In this document: one piece after another, positions 9,566 to 19,900 of the stretch
Position numbering within the stretch: the first letter of the stretch is position 1
Layout of the letters: each line of letters opens with the position of its first letter
Assembly: GCA_963822445.1 (NCBI GenBank)
Contig: CAWGHO010000002.1
Coordinates: 1,728,001-1,792,000, forward strand
Direction of reading: 5' to 3'
DNA: 64,000 nucleotides
From: an uncultured Acidobacteriota bacterium
GTDB taxonomy: Bacteria > Acidobacteriota > Thermoanaerobaculia > Gp7-AA8
The notes under the pieces: model-generated
What the model was told of the DNA's origin: nothing
The model's input: only the letters and a program-made list of their open reading frames with translations
The model's database searches: none
Made by a program: the position numbers and the translations under genes

Positions 9566-10032
9566 AATTTAGGTTCATATGGGGCGGTTCCCATGCCGAC
9601 GTTGAGCTCGGCGAAGCAGCGGAACGCTATCTCTCCCGGATCAAACATTTCTTTCCGGTAGAGGTCGTCGAAGTCGCTTCCGAGCGCGGTAGACAACGTC
9701 AAAGTGATGTGGCTATCATGCGCGCTCAATCCGCGCGCCTGCTCTCTGCAATCCCCGAACGCGGGTTCACGGTGGTCCTCGACGAACGAGGGCAAACGCT
9801 TGATTCTTTGAAGTTTGCAAGATGGATCGAGAGGCTGACGATCGACAGCCCGCACGGCGTGAATTTCGTCGTCGGGGGCGACGTCGGGTTCGACGAAACG
9901 GTGCGCAAACGGGCCGACAAGCTCCTCGCGCTCTCGCCGATGACCCTCCCGCACCAGTTCGCGCGCGTCATCCTGCTGGAACAGGTCTATCGGGCCTGCA
10001 CGTTGATGCGCAACATTCCCTACCACAAGTAA
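9562..10032 (+). CDS. rlmH: 23S rRNA pseudouridine-1915 N3-methyltransferase
   Basis: ATG 9562 (ATGA overlap); LDERG...FVVGG..G...LSPMTLPHQFARVILLEQVYRA...PYHK SPOUT signature. Confidence 0.95.
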   Translation: MKFRFIWGGSHADVELGEAAERYLSRIKHFFPVEVVEVASERGRQRQSDVAIMRAQSARLLSAIPERGFTVVLDERGQTLDSLKFARWIERLTIDSPHGVNFVVGGDVGFDETVRKRADKLLALSPMTLPHQFARVILLEQVYRACTLMRNIPYHK

Positions 10033-10056
10033 ACGAGGCATCCCCAGGCAGGAACC

Positions 10057-10440
10057 ATGGCGAAAACGATGGCGAAAACGAAAACCAAAGCGAATCCTTA
10101 TCAGGCCCAGGAGGATGCGCTTCGCATCAAGCAGCGCGAGCTGCTCGACTCCTACAATCGCGACAAGGCCGCCGGCAACGCCCTTCCCGACGACGGCATC
10201 CAGGATCTGGCCGACAAAGCCGCCAGCGCCTACTCCAAAGAGCTCAACTTCTCCCTCTCCGACGGCGAGCGCCAGCTCCTCATGCAGATCGACGAAGCAT
10301 TCGTCCGCATGAAGGACGGCTCGTACGGCACCTGCACGAACTGCAACACCGTGATCGGCGAGAAGCGCCTCCAGGCCGTTCCCTGGACGCCCTACTGCAT
10401 CGACTGCCAGGAGCTGCAGGAAAAGGGGATGTTGCAGTAG
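10057..10440 (+). CDS. dksA: DksA/TraR family C4 zinc-finger protein
   Basis: DLADKA coiled-coil tip motif, YGTCTNC...RLQAVPWTPYCIDC. Confidence 0.85.
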   Translation: MAKTMAKTKTKANPYQAQEDALRIKQRELLDSYNRDKAAGNALPDDGIQDLADKAASAYSKELNFSLSDGERQLLMQIDEAFVRMKDGSYGTCTNCNTVIGEKRLQAVPWTPYCIDCQELQEKGMLQ

Positions 10441-10464
10441 TCCCTCACTGCTTCGCAGTTCCTC

Positions 10465-10494
10465 AAAGGAGCGCTTCGGCGCTCCTTTTTGTTT
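10465..10494 (+). terminator. Intrinsic terminator
   Basis: aaaggagcgc-ttcg-gcgctccttttt hairpin with T-tract. Confidence 0.8.
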
Positions 10495-10585
10495 GAAATG
10501 CAGAATGCAGAATGCAGAATGCAGAAAACGGAGCAGGATCTAGCCCGCTAACTTTCTGCATTTTGCATTCTGCATTCTGCATTTC
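10495..10585. repeat. Inverted repeat built from 7-bp units (AATGCAG)n
   Basis: gaaatgcagaatgcagaatgcagaatgcagaa...ttctgcattttgcattctgcattctgcatttc. Confidence 0.85.
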
Positions 10586-10590
10586 CACTC

Positions 10591-11976
10591 ATGCCCAAAC
10601 GCCTCGAAACGGTTCTCTCCGCGATCGCGGATGGCAAGCCCCCTCGGGTCATGCTCGTCGGCGGCTCGTCCGAATTTCTTTCCGAACAGGCCTTCCACCA
10701 GATTCGCGACGCCATCGCGGCGAAGAACCCGTCGATCAACGTCGAGCCTTACGAGCCGGGAAGCGAGCTCGCGGTGATTCTCGATTCGTATCGCACGATG
10801 TCACTCTTCGGCGGCTCGCGCCTCTTGATCGTGCCCGAGGTCAACGCGTTCGTTTCGGCGAAAGAGATTGCGTCGCTGTACGAGAAAGCCGTCGCCGACT
10901 GGAAGACAGCGAAGACCGATCGCAAGCGCGCCACCAGCTCCGCGAAACTCCTTCACGTCCTCGGCCTCGCCGGCGTCGATCTCGAAATGACCGACCGCCA
11001 GATCGCCGACGCGCTCGGGGTCTCGCTGGAAGCCACGATCACCGACATGCTCCAGTTCTGCCGCGCCACCGGCAAGAAAGCGGGACGCGGCGAAGATGAT
11101 GCCGCGCTGCTGATGGAAGCGATCGTGCGCGGCGGTGCGCCGGGAACGATTCTGCTGATGCGCACCGGCGAGGTTCCGCGCGACTCCGCGACCATCGACC
11201 TGATCGACAAGCATGGCGCGGTCATCGTTGCCGACCTCAATCGCGAGGGATTCGCGGCCGCCTTCGATGCGGCGATCGCCAATGTCGCCGCCGAAGCGAG
11301 CGTGAAGTTCGACGCGAACGGCGTCGCGCGGATGCGGCAGAAGCTCGGCATCGAGCGGATCCTCGCCGACAAGTTTTCCAAGGAAGTGCCGGAGATCCGC
11401 ATCGCTGTTTCCGAGGCGGAGCGGCTGGCGACGCTGGTGGGAAGTGGGGGACGGGTAACCGCGGAGCTCGTCGAGCGCGAGATCGCGGCGGTGGAAGGCG
11501 GCGCGCGGTACGAGCTCGGGTCGCTGTTTACCGAGGGGAAGATCATCGAGGCCGTGGCCAAGCTTCGTGAGCTCGTTGCCCAGGCGCGGCGCGAGGATCC
11601 CAAGTCATCGATCGAGATCCACTACGGCCGCTATCTCTTTCCGCTCGCCGACGAGATCCGGCAGATGATCGGCATCCACTCCTGGGCGCGCATGCAGAAC
11701 GTGAATCTCAAGGCGTCGATGAACTACAACCGCTTCAAGGACACCATCGCCGACAAGCTCGGCGACTACCTGAAGACCTACGGCCTCGTGCGCCAGCGCC
11801 CCCACCCCTTTCCACTGCACAAAAAATGGGAAGCCGCGCGGACGTACAGCGAGGCCGATCTGTTCCGTGCGCTGAACGAGGTGGCCGACCTGGAGATCAA
11901 GCGCAAGTCGGGCGGGTTGCCGGTGGATGTAGGGATCGAGACGTTTCTCCTTTCGAGGTTGCGGTCCGCTTCATAG
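10591..11976 (+). CDS. holA: DNA polymerase III delta subunit-like protein, long form
   Basis: N-terminal TMSLFGGSRLLIV motif; C-terminal HPF...K..EAAR.YS..DL..AL..VADLE...KSG typical of HolA. Confidence 0.7.
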   Translation: MPKRLETVLSAIADGKPPRVMLVGGSSEFLSEQAFHQIRDAIAAKNPSINVEPYEPGSELAVILDSYRTMSLFGGSRLLIVPEVNAFVSAKEIASLYEKAVADWKTAKTDRKRATSSAKLLHVLGLAGVDLEMTDRQIADALGVSLEATITDMLQFCRATGKKAGRGEDDAALLMEAIVRGGAPGTILLMRTGEVPRDSATIDLIDKHGAVIVADLNREGFAAAFDAAIANVAAEASVKFDANGVARMRQKLGIERILADKFSKEVPEIRIAVSEAERLATLVGSGGRVTAELVEREIAAVEGGARYELGSLFTEGKIIEAVAKLRELVAQARREDPKSSIEIHYGRYLFPLADEIRQMIGIHSWARMQNVNLKASMNYNRFKDTIADKLGDYLKTYGLVRQRPHPFPLHKKWEAARTYSEADLFRALNEVADLEIKRKSGGLPVDVGIETFLLSRLRSAS

Positions 11977-12086
11977 TTCATCCCGCGCGCAGACGCGGGA
12001 TCAATGGCGCAACCTGGACCGACCGTCCCTTCAGCCGACAGCAGCGCAACCTGCTCCGCTGATCCCGCGTCTTCGCGCGGGATAAA
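11977..12086. repeat. REP/BIME-like inverted repeat (family 1)
   Basis: atcccgcgcgcagacgcgggatc ... gatcccgcgtcttcgcgcgggat; second copy at 58255-58396. Confidence 0.85.
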
Positions 12087-12096
12087 CTGGAGCACC

Positions 12097-13296
12097 ATGA
12101 AGAACGTCGACCGCAAAGCCTGGCGCGCGCTGTTCGCGGCGCAACTCGGCTGGATGCTCGACGCCATGGATTTTCTCCTCTTCACCTTCGCTCTCCTTCC
12201 CATTCAAAAAGAATTCGGCCTCACCAAAACCCAGGTCACGATTCCGATCGTCGTCGCGCTCATCGCCAGCGCCATCGGCGGCATCGCCTTCGGCCGCATC
12301 GCCGATCGCATCGGCCGCGTGCGGGCCATGACCTTCAGCATCCTGCTCTACTCCGGCGCGACCGCGGGCATGGCCACCGCGCAGAATCTCTGGCAGCTCG
12401 TCGCCTGGCGCGTGCTGGTGGGATTGGGCATGGGCGGCGAATGGTCGTGCGGCTCGGTGCTGGTCGCGGAGACGTGGCCGGCCAAGCATCGCGCGAAGGC
12501 GATGGGCATCATGCAGTCCGGCTGGGCCATCGGCGCACTGTTCGCCGCCGGCCTCTCTGCGCTGGTGCTGGAGCGTTACGGCTGGCGCGTTCTCTTTCTC
12601 ATCGGCGCCGCGCCGGCGGTCGTCGCATTCATCATCCGCCGCACTGTCGAGGAGCCGCCGCTGTGGCAGGAAACGAAGCGCGAGCCTTCGCGATGGGGCG
12701 AGATGTTCGCGCCGCAATACCGGCGGCGCACCTTCCTGGCGACGCTCGTCGCATCGTGTGTTCTCGTCGCTTACTGGGGCGTGACGTCGTGGCTGCCGGC
12801 CTTTCTCGCGTCGCCGATCAGTGAAGGGGGCGCGGGTCTGACCATCACCAAGTCGGCGACGTGGCTGATCGTCCTCCAGCTCGGCGCATTCCTCGGCTAC
12901 GTGAGCTTCGGCTGGATCGCCGACAAGATCGGACGGCGTCCCGCGTTCACGCTCTTCATGATCGGCGCGACCGCGGTGGTCCCGATCTTCGCATTCGGCG
13001 CGCGCTCGCCGATGACCCTGCTGCTCATCGGACCGCTGGTCGGCTACTTCGCGCACGGCTACTTCTCGCTGTTCGGGGCGATGCTCGCCGAGCTGTTTCC
13101 GACGCGCATCCGCGCGAGCGCGCAGGGCTTCTGCTACAACGCCGGACGGCTCGTGTCCGCGGCCGCGCCCTACGCGATCGGTGCCGCGGCCACGAAGCAC
13201 GGTCTCGGATTCTCCATCGCCGCCGACGCGGTGTTCTTCGCCCTTGGCGCGTTCCTGATCTGGCTGCTGCCGGAAACGAAGGGCACCGAGTTGTGA
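12097..13296 (+). CDS. MFS transporter (aromatic acid/sialate-like group)
   Basis: Start ATG 12097; GWMLDAMD, GRIADRIGR, GLGMGGEW, ELFPTRIRA; 12 hydrophobic segments. Confidence 0.9.
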   Translation: MKNVDRKAWRALFAAQLGWMLDAMDFLLFTFALLPIQKEFGLTKTQVTIPIVVALIASAIGGIAFGRIADRIGRVRAMTFSILLYSGATAGMATAQNLWQLVAWRVLVGLGMGGEWSCGSVLVAETWPAKHRAKAMGIMQSGWAIGALFAAGLSALVLERYGWRVLFLIGAAPAVVAFIIRRTVEEPPLWQETKREPSRWGEMFAPQYRRRTFLATLVASCVLVAYWGVTSWLPAFLASPISEGGAGLTITKSATWLIVLQLGAFLGYVSFGWIADKIGRRPAFTLFMIGATAVVPIFAFGARSPMTLLLIGPLVGYFAHGYFSLFGAMLAELFPTRIRASAQGFCYNAGRLVSAAAPYAIGAAATKHGLGFSIAADAVFFALGAFLIWLLPETKGTEL

Positions 13297-13985
13297 TCGA
13301 CCTCTCCGCCGACCTCGGCGAAGGCTCGCCCGGCGAAGACGACATCTGGCCGCTGATCAGCTCCGCGAACGTGGCCTGCGGCGGCCACGTCGGCGACGAG
13401 GAATCGATGCAACACGCGGCCACGCGCGCGGCTCGCCATGACGTCCGCCTCGGCGCGCATCCCTCGTATCCCGATCGCGAGAACTTCGGCCGCGTGTCGA
13501 TGGAGATCAGTCCGCATGATCTGCACGCCTCGCTCGTCGCGCAAATCTCTGCGCTGCGCGCGTTCGCGCTCGTCCAACACGTGAAGCCGCACGGCGCGCT
13601 GTACAACGACGCGCATGGGAATCGCGCGCTGGCGGACGTGATCGTCGGCGCGATTCGCGAGGTCGACTCGGCAATCGCGCTCGTCGCGCCGGATCATTCG
13701 CAGATGGCCGCGGCGGCCCGCGCGGCAGGAACGGTGGTGATTCGCGAGGCCTTTGCGGATCGGCGTTATGAACCCGATGGCTCCCTGGTGTCGCGCAAAA
13801 TCGCCGGCGCGACGTTGTCGGTGGACGAGGCGGCCGAGCAGGCCGCGCTGCTCGTTCGCGAAGGAGTGGTCGTGGCCCGCGATGGCTCGCGGGTGGAGAT
13901 CGCCTTCGACACGATTTGCATCCACGCGGACATGCGGGGAGCGGTCGAACGCCTTCGGGCGATCCGCCGGAGGGTCGGTGTTTGA
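13293..13985 (+). CDS. pxpA: 5-oxoprolinase subunit A (LamB/YcsF family)
   Basis: GTG 13293; IDLSADLGE, SANVACGGH, GAHPSYPD, HVKPHGALYN, EAFADR, TICIH. Confidence 0.92.
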   Translation: MIDLSADLGEGSPGEDDIWPLISSANVACGGHVGDEESMQHAATRAARHDVRLGAHPSYPDRENFGRVSMEISPHDLHASLVAQISALRAFALVQHVKPHGALYNDAHGNRALADVIVGAIREVDSAIALVAPDHSQMAAAARAAGTVVIREAFADRRYEPDGSLVSRKIAGATLSVDEAAEQAALLVREGVVVARDGSRVEIAFDTICIHADMRGAVERLRAIRRRVGV

Positions 13986-14070
13986 CCATTGACCCACCGG
14001 AAGGGTCAGGATCTACGCCGTCAAATCGCGCAAGTCGTTGAAACTACGTAGACCTACGGTTCAAGATCGA

Positions 14071-14086
14071 TGGCAGTGATCTCGCA
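14071..14086 (+). promoter_or_regulatory. Putative sigma-54 -24/-12 promoter
   Basis: TGGCAGTGATCTCGCA = GG-N10-GC, 38 nt upstream of the M43 protease ATG; IHF-like caagtcgttgaaa at 14031-14043. Confidence 0.5.
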
Positions 14087-14124
14087 CGCGCAGGAACCCT
14101 CGTCAATCTGAAAAAGGAGCAACA

Positions 14125-14964
14125 ATGAAGCTGAGACTCTCTCTCTTGATGTGTGTATTGCTGGTGGCGGTGCCGATGTTCGCCGGCCAGCCGGAACGTT
14201 GCGGAACCAAGCAACCGGGACTCGAAGAGGTCGACGCGATCGAGCGTGCGATCGCCAAAGGCCAGAAGGGCAAGACCTCCGCGGTCATCGACGTCTGGGT
14301 CCACGTGATCAGCGCCGGCGAGGGCTTCGCCAATGGCGATGTGCCTGACGGCATGATCCGCGACCAGATCCGCGTGCTGAACGAGTCGTACAACGGCCGC
14401 ACCGGCGGCGCGAACACCGGTTTCGGTTTCGACCTGGTTGGTGTCACCCGCACCGTGAACCCGACCTGGTTCTCGCAGTTCGCCACGAACTTCGCGGTCG
14501 AGTTGGAAGCGAAGACCGCCCTCAAGCGTGGTGGCAACGGAACGCTGAACATCTACACCGTCGACGGCGGCCCGTATCTGGGCTGGGCGTACTTCCCCCA
14601 GATCGTCAACGATCCGACGTACCGCAATCTCGACGGCGTCGTGCTCGATTGGCGCTCTCTGCCGGGCGGTACGTTCGCGATCTACAGCGAAGGGGACACC
14701 GGCTCGCACGAAGTCGGTCACTGGCTCGCGCTGTACCACACGTTCGACGGCAAGTGCGGCGTGAAGGGCGACTACGTTGCCGACACCGCGCCGGAATTCA
14801 GCCCGGCCTTCAACTGCCCGGTCGGCCGCGATAGCTGCATCGGCCAGCCCGGTCTCGACCCGATCACGAACTTCATGGATTACACCCAGGACTCGTGCAT
14901 GTACGAGTTCACCGCCGGCCAGGCCGCCCGCATGCAGGCCGCCTGGGCCGCGTTCCGCGACTGA
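14125..14964 (+). CDS. Secreted zinc metalloprotease, M43 (pappalysin/ulilysin-like)
   Basis: Signal peptide, RCGT cysteine switch, HEVGHWLALYHTF, NFMDYT Met-turn. Confidence 0.93.
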   Translation: MKLRLSLLMCVLLVAVPMFAGQPERCGTKQPGLEEVDAIERAIAKGQKGKTSAVIDVWVHVISAGEGFANGDVPDGMIRDQIRVLNESYNGRTGGANTGFGFDLVGVTRTVNPTWFSQFATNFAVELEAKTALKRGGNGTLNIYTVDGGPYLGWAYFPQIVNDPTYRNLDGVVLDWRSLPGGTFAIYSEGDTGSHEVGHWLALYHTFDGKCGVKGDYVADTAPEFSPAFNCPVGRDSCIGQPGLDPITNFMDYTQDSCMYEFTAGQAARMQAAWAAFRD

Positions 14965-14965
14965 G

Positions 14966-15015
14966 CTCTCGCCTTCCCTCTCCCCGCGCCGCGGGGAGAG
15001 GGTCAGGGTGAGGAG
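14966..15015. repeat. REP-like palindrome
   Basis: ccctctccccgcgccgcggggagaggg core with flanking arms. Confidence 0.7.
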
Positions 15016-15079
15016 CGCGCGGAATTGACAAATAACCCGCCTCTCGGCGACCATCGCCGTCCCTTCCCGCGATCATTGG

Positions 15080-15155
15080 TGTGGTGTAGCTCAGTTGGTA
15101 GAGCGCCGGATTGTTAATCCGGTGGTCGGAGGTTCGAGCCCTCCCGCCACAGCCA
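15080..15155 (+). tRNA. tRNA-Asn(GTT)
   Basis: 76 nt cloverleaf: acceptor tgtggtg/cgccaca, anticodon arm ccgga-ttgttaa-tccgg, TTCGAG T-loop, G73, encoded CCA; TTGACA at 15025. Confidence 0.96.
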
Positions 15156-15178
15156 ATTTCCTCTCCAGCACCACAAGC

Positions 15179-15208
15179 CGTCAGAAATGAACACCAGCGG
15201 CGCTCATT
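15179..15208 (+). promoter_or_regulatory. Putative ECF promoter, copy 1
   Basis: CGTCAGAAA-N14-GCTCATT, 6 nt before ATG 15215 (leaderless-like spacing). Confidence 0.7.
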
Positions 15209-15214
15209 CTCTGC

Positions 15215-16222
15215 ATGAGAATTTTGTGGCTTTCGCTCGCTCTAGCCAATTCGCTCGCCGCATCGACGGCACTCGCGGACGTCATCACCATCGAGGTTGA
15301 TGGCAGTTCGCTGACGCACGCGCATGGCATCAATGATCTCGACCGCATCGTCGGGTTCCATCATCGCTCCGAGACCGGGACCACCCACTACGCATTCGTG
15401 CGCGAGGCCAGTGGCACGTTCTCCAGCGCCGGCCCGGACCACCCTTCGTTTCCCTGTCCGCCGCTCTGCGACAACGTGAAAGCGCACTCGATCAACAATG
15501 CCGGTGACATCGCTGGCACCTATGGTTCCGGTCTGAACCATTCCTTCATTCGCACCGCGGCGGGTGAGATCACGACGTTCGACGTCGAGGACAGCGCGAA
15601 CACGTTCGCCGACGGGATCAACGAGTCGCTGCAGGTTTCCGGATACTTCGACGACGCTGTCTGTCCGGCCGAGCCGCTGCCCTGTTCGCACGGCTTCATT
15701 CGCAACCCGAACGGCGAGCTCATCATCTTCGACGTGCCCGGAAGCACGGGTACGTTCCCCGGCAAGATCAACAATGCGGGCGACGTCACCGGCTCGTACA
15801 ACGACCTCGAAGGCAATGGGCGCGGATTCATACGGCTGGCGAACAGCCAGACGTTCATCACCTTCGACGTACCGGGTTCCGTCGGTACCGAGGCTCAGGC
15901 GATCAACGACGCCGGGACGGTGACGGGGGCCTACATATCGTTCAACCCGGACATCGGTTACCGGCGGCACGGGTTCGTGCGGTCGGCACTCGGGTTCACG
16001 ACGGTCGACGTGCCCGGCGCGCACGCGACCATCCCCTCGGGAATCAACAACGACGGCGACCTAGTCGGCACGTACGACGTCCTGACCGCCGACGGACGTG
16101 TCACGCGAGGGTTCGTCATCACCGCCGACGACGCTGTCTCCCAGATTCCGACGTTATCCGCCTGGATGGGCATCGCATTGTTGCTGTCCCTGATCGCACT
16201 CGCGGTTTATCGGATCGTCTGA
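15215..16222 (+). CDS. Surface protein with HAF-like extracellular repeats and an IPTL-CTERM sorting signal
   Basis: Signal peptide; about six (A/P)xxINxxGx(I/V)xG...HGFIR...FDVPG repeats; C-terminal IPTLSAWMGIALLLSLIALAVYRIV. Confidence 0.85.
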   Translation: MRILWLSLALANSLAASTALADVITIEVDGSSLTHAHGINDLDRIVGFHHRSETGTTHYAFVREASGTFSSAGPDHPSFPCPPLCDNVKAHSINNAGDIAGTYGSGLNHSFIRTAAGEITTFDVEDSANTFADGINESLQVSGYFDDAVCPAEPLPCSHGFIRNPNGELIIFDVPGSTGTFPGKINNAGDVTGSYNDLEGNGRGFIRLANSQTFITFDVPGSVGTEAQAINDAGTVTGAYISFNPDIGYRRHGFVRSALGFTTVDVPGAHATIPSGINNDGDLVGTYDVLTADGRVTRGFVITADDAVSQIPTLSAWMGIALLLSLIALAVYRIV

Positions 16223-16237
16223 CCCTCCTCGCGGTCG

Positions 16238-16344
16238 GGCGGTAGGCGGTAGGCGGTAGGCGGGGGAACGAAGCGCTCGTAGTAGGGCGCGGGTTCCTGC
16301 CTACCGCCTACCGCAAGGCGCGCAGCGCCGTACCGCCTACCGCC
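16238..16344. repeat. Inverted repeat built from 7-bp units (GGCGGTA)n
   Basis: ggcggtaggcggtaggcggtaggcgg ... cctaccgcctaccgc ... taccgcctaccgcc. Confidence 0.8.
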
Positions 16345-16375
16345 CTACGTCCGTAGCGCCTTTTTTCATGGGTGA

Positions 16376-16405
16376 CGTCAGAAAGTGGCAGCATTCACGC
16401 TCCTT
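16376..16405 (+). promoter_or_regulatory. Putative ECF promoter, copy 2 (giant-protein operon)
   Basis: CGTCAGAAA-N14-GCTCCTT. Confidence 0.7.
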
Positions 16406-16477
16406 CCCGTCGAGGTCCGAACAATGAAGAAGTCCAAACAACGACATCCACACCAAAAGAGAGAAGGAGAAGAAGCA

Positions 16478-16900
16478 ATGTCCAGCAATCCCGTGGTCCC
16501 GGTCTCGATCTTCAATGCGAACACGACTTCGGTGAACGTCACCGTCAACAACGGTACGCAGTTCACCGTCGACGGCGCGAAGGCGCCGACCTTCTCGCCC
16601 GCTTTCAACAACAGCGCCTGTAGCTTCGCCACGAATCCGTCGGGCAACACGTTCGGCGTCACGGGGACGAACTTCGTCGACATCACCCCCGTCGGGTCGA
16701 ACCAGCCGATCCAGTTCCAGATCAACATCTCCAGCAGCATCCAGGTCACTTCGCTGCAGCTCTACATGTTCTGGGCGAGCCAGACCACCGCCGGCTGGGT
16801 CCTGCTGAACAACGGGCAGATCATCGCCATGGACACGCTCTCCGGCGGCGGCTCGTCGAGCTCGCCGAGCTCGTCGCGGACCACCGCGAAGCGCTACTGA
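16478..16900 (+). CDS. Hypothetical 140-aa beta-rich protein (small subunit 1)
   Basis: ATG after strong AAGGAG; paralog of 33094-33474 (FNANT..VNV, ITPVG.NQP, SLQLY.FW, LLNNGQ..AM). Confidence 0.85.
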   Translation: MSSNPVVPVSIFNANTTSVNVTVNNGTQFTVDGAKAPTFSPAFNNSACSFATNPSGNTFGVTGTNFVDITPVGSNQPIQFQINISSSIQVTSLQLYMFWASQTTAGWVLLNNGQIIAMDTLSGGGSSSSPSSSRTTAKRY

Positions 16901-16927
16901 GCCGCACCGCCGCGCCCCGAGATCCTC

Positions 16928-19900
16928 ATGAACGGCGGGACACCTTTGCAGGAGATCGCACCCGGTCTGTATGTGATCGGTGTCTCGCCGTCGTCTCCCT
17001 CGTTCTCCTCGCCGCCGGCGACGACGTACGCGTACTACCTCACGCAGGCGGTGCCGTCGCCGGCGGACCCCGCACCCACGCTCGACGACACCTGGACGGA
17101 TGCGGATTACAGCGGCTGGTATCTCTTCCTGATCGACCCCATCGTCGATGCCACGAAGTTCGTTGACGAGGCCCGCTCGCAACTGCCGGCGCTCACCGCG
17201 TCGCCGTCGCAACTGCCGATCGGGATCATCTGGATGCCCGATCCGTCGGACTTCGGCGCCGCGCAGGGACTCGTTCTCTACTCGCCCGCGGGTCAGCCGG
17301 ACCTGCGGACGCTCGGGCCGGGAAGCCCGCCGCCGGTCGCGTTCACCTGGGGAGCGCTGACGCTCACGATCGGCGGCGCGCGTTTCTCGCTGGATACGGC
17401 GGCGAATGCGATCACGATCAGCAGTCCGTCGGGCTCGGCGATCTCGTTGTCGTTCTGTCCGCAGGGCGGCACCGTCCTTCCGTACTCCAACGTACCGGCG
17501 ACGCCGTGGCTCGTCTCGATTCCGCTCACCGGGGACGCCGCGGGCACGCTGGGAATGACGGCAGCGCTGGAGCTCGGCTATCTGGTCGAGACGTTCGGCT
17601 GCGGCTTCCGCTACATCACCGAGTCGAGCGATGACGCGGGGCTGTATTACACGTTCGTTCCTCCCGCTGCGCCGTCGCTCGACGGGACGTTTCTCGGTTT
17701 CGCGCTGCAGTTGCATCCGCTGTTGCCTTGCGACCCCGCGGCGACGCGCCTCGCGTTCGATCTCGCCGGTTCGCCGCCGAACGAATATCAGACGGCGAGC
17801 GCGAACGTCGTGGCGCCGTACTTCCTCACGACGAATGGTGGGTCGTTCAACCTCGTGCCATATGACGTCTCCGCGGACGCGACCCTCGCGCCGCCGGGCT
17901 TCGCATTCTGTCTCGCACCCGGTTCGTCGCCGTCGCCCCAGCTCTACCTCGCGCCGTCGGGCACGTTTCAGGTCTCGTCGTTCAGCTCACCGGGCGAAAC
18001 GGGTGCGCAGTGGCTCTGCGGACTCACGGCGCAGGAGTACCTTCAGATCGAGACGAACGATCTGGTTGCGTTCATCGCGGGCATGCCCGCGTACGCGCCG
18101 GGAGCGGGCAGCGGCCCCGCGGCCGGCCACGGTCCTACGCTCGACGCGACGTTCACCACGTCGTGGCTGCAGTTTCCCGTCGCCTCGTCGATCGGCTCGC
18201 GCTCGTACTTCGGCATGCCCAGCGCATCGATCTATTACGCCGGAATCGGCGACTCGTTCGGCACGCCCGTCGTGTCGAAGCTCGTCACGTTCGCGGACAG
18301 CGCCACCTTTCCGATCGTTCCGTACGGAGGCATCTACGCCAGCGTCGAAGCGGGCGGTGGAGTCCCGGTCTTCAACGCCGGCGTCAGTCCCGTTGCGTTC
18401 GCGAGCTTTGAGTCGCTCGTGCTGAGCAGCGAGAGGCACCTGCGAGCGACGGCCGGCACTCCCGGTCCCGTGTTCACGGTCTCTTCGGCGAACGGTCTGA
18501 CGTCGGCCGGCGAGATCGGCTCGCCGCCGCCGGCGGGCACCGCGCTCACGCCGCAGGGTTTCGTCGTCCAGTTGAATGCCGGCGGAACGTGGGCCCAGCT
18601 GGATCTGGCGTTGAGCCCGGAGACGGCCGGACAGTATCTGAGCTTCAACGGAACGCCCACCGTCGTCGAGCCCGCGATCGCGAACGTCGTTCTGCAGACG
18701 GAGCTCTTCCTCGTCGTCACGAATCCCGCGAGCGTTGGCAACTTCAGCAACGAGATCAGCGTCGGAGGATTCAACTTCACGCTCGGCATCCAGCCGTCGT
18801 CGCCGCATGCGGATGACGGCACGCTGCTGATCTTCAAGTTCAACACGACCGCATCGCTGGCACAGCTCGCGGAGCGCACGGATCTCTGGGCGGACACGGC
18901 GACCTTCGTAACGGACGTCGCCGCCGCACAGCAGCAGATCCGCGAGGCCATCGAAGTGGCGCGGAACTATCAACGCGGCGCGGGCGCCAGTCCTTCGTCG
19001 GGCAATCCGTTCGCGTACTTCCTTTCGATCCTCGACGTCCCGGGCTGGACCGGCATCCTCGCGCTGAACTGCGCGATCGACGGCAACGGGATGCCCGAGG
19101 ATTTCCAGATGCTCCTCGGGGGAATCCAGGGGCAGTTGCGCGCCCACCATCTCGGAGTCGAGCGCAATCGCGTGACCCAGGATCCCGATGGCGGCGCGAG
19201 CCTGCAGCAGAGCTCTCTGTTCGGCGTCATCCACTACGCCAGTCCATCGTCGGCAGCCTCGCCGGCGGAATCGCCGGCGCCGCTCGCCTACGGAGTGGAA
19301 ACGCTCACGGTCGTCTTCCAGAACTCGCAGATCACGCAGTTCAACGTCGTCGTCGGGCTGACGATCAACGAGCTGTTCGGACGCGAGACCGCGCTCGTCG
19401 TCACGTCGCTCTCGCCGCCTCCGCGGAACACGCTCGAGATCGCGGGGCAATACCAGGTCACCGGTTCCATCGGCGTCGTCACGTTCCAGACGGACCAGGC
19501 GTTCATCTACGACTTCCCCGTGCCGGCCGGCGCGGCGCGCGTGCTGGATCACGTCCTGTTCGACAGCGCATCGCTCGTTCCTGTTTCGTCGGTGCCGCTG
19601 TCGGGCGGCGGGACGCAGATGACGGCTCAGTTCTCACTGGCCGGCGGGATCTGGTTCAGCGCCCAGCCGTTCCCGGGCTCTGGAGACTTCGATCTTTTCT
19701 CATACGGCAACGGCGTCGCGGCGGACGGCGGACTGTCGTTCACGAACATGACCATGCAGATCGTCTTCACCCTCGACTCTGCGGGCGCGATGGTCCCCGG
19801 CAGCCAGACCGTGACGTTCGTGCCGTCGCTCCTCACGATCCTGCCGTCGCCGGGCGCCATCCGCTCCGGCAGCCTGCTCGGTGCGCTGCCATTGCAGCTC

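Noticed and set aside
13986-14124. Riboswitch or ncRNA upstream of the M43 protease
   Set aside because: No recognisable aptamer consensus; better explained as a promoter region
10495-16344. CRISPR arrays at the short repeats
   Set aside because: These are 7-bp tandem units in inverted arms, not 25-45 bp repeats with unique spacers; no cas genes in the window
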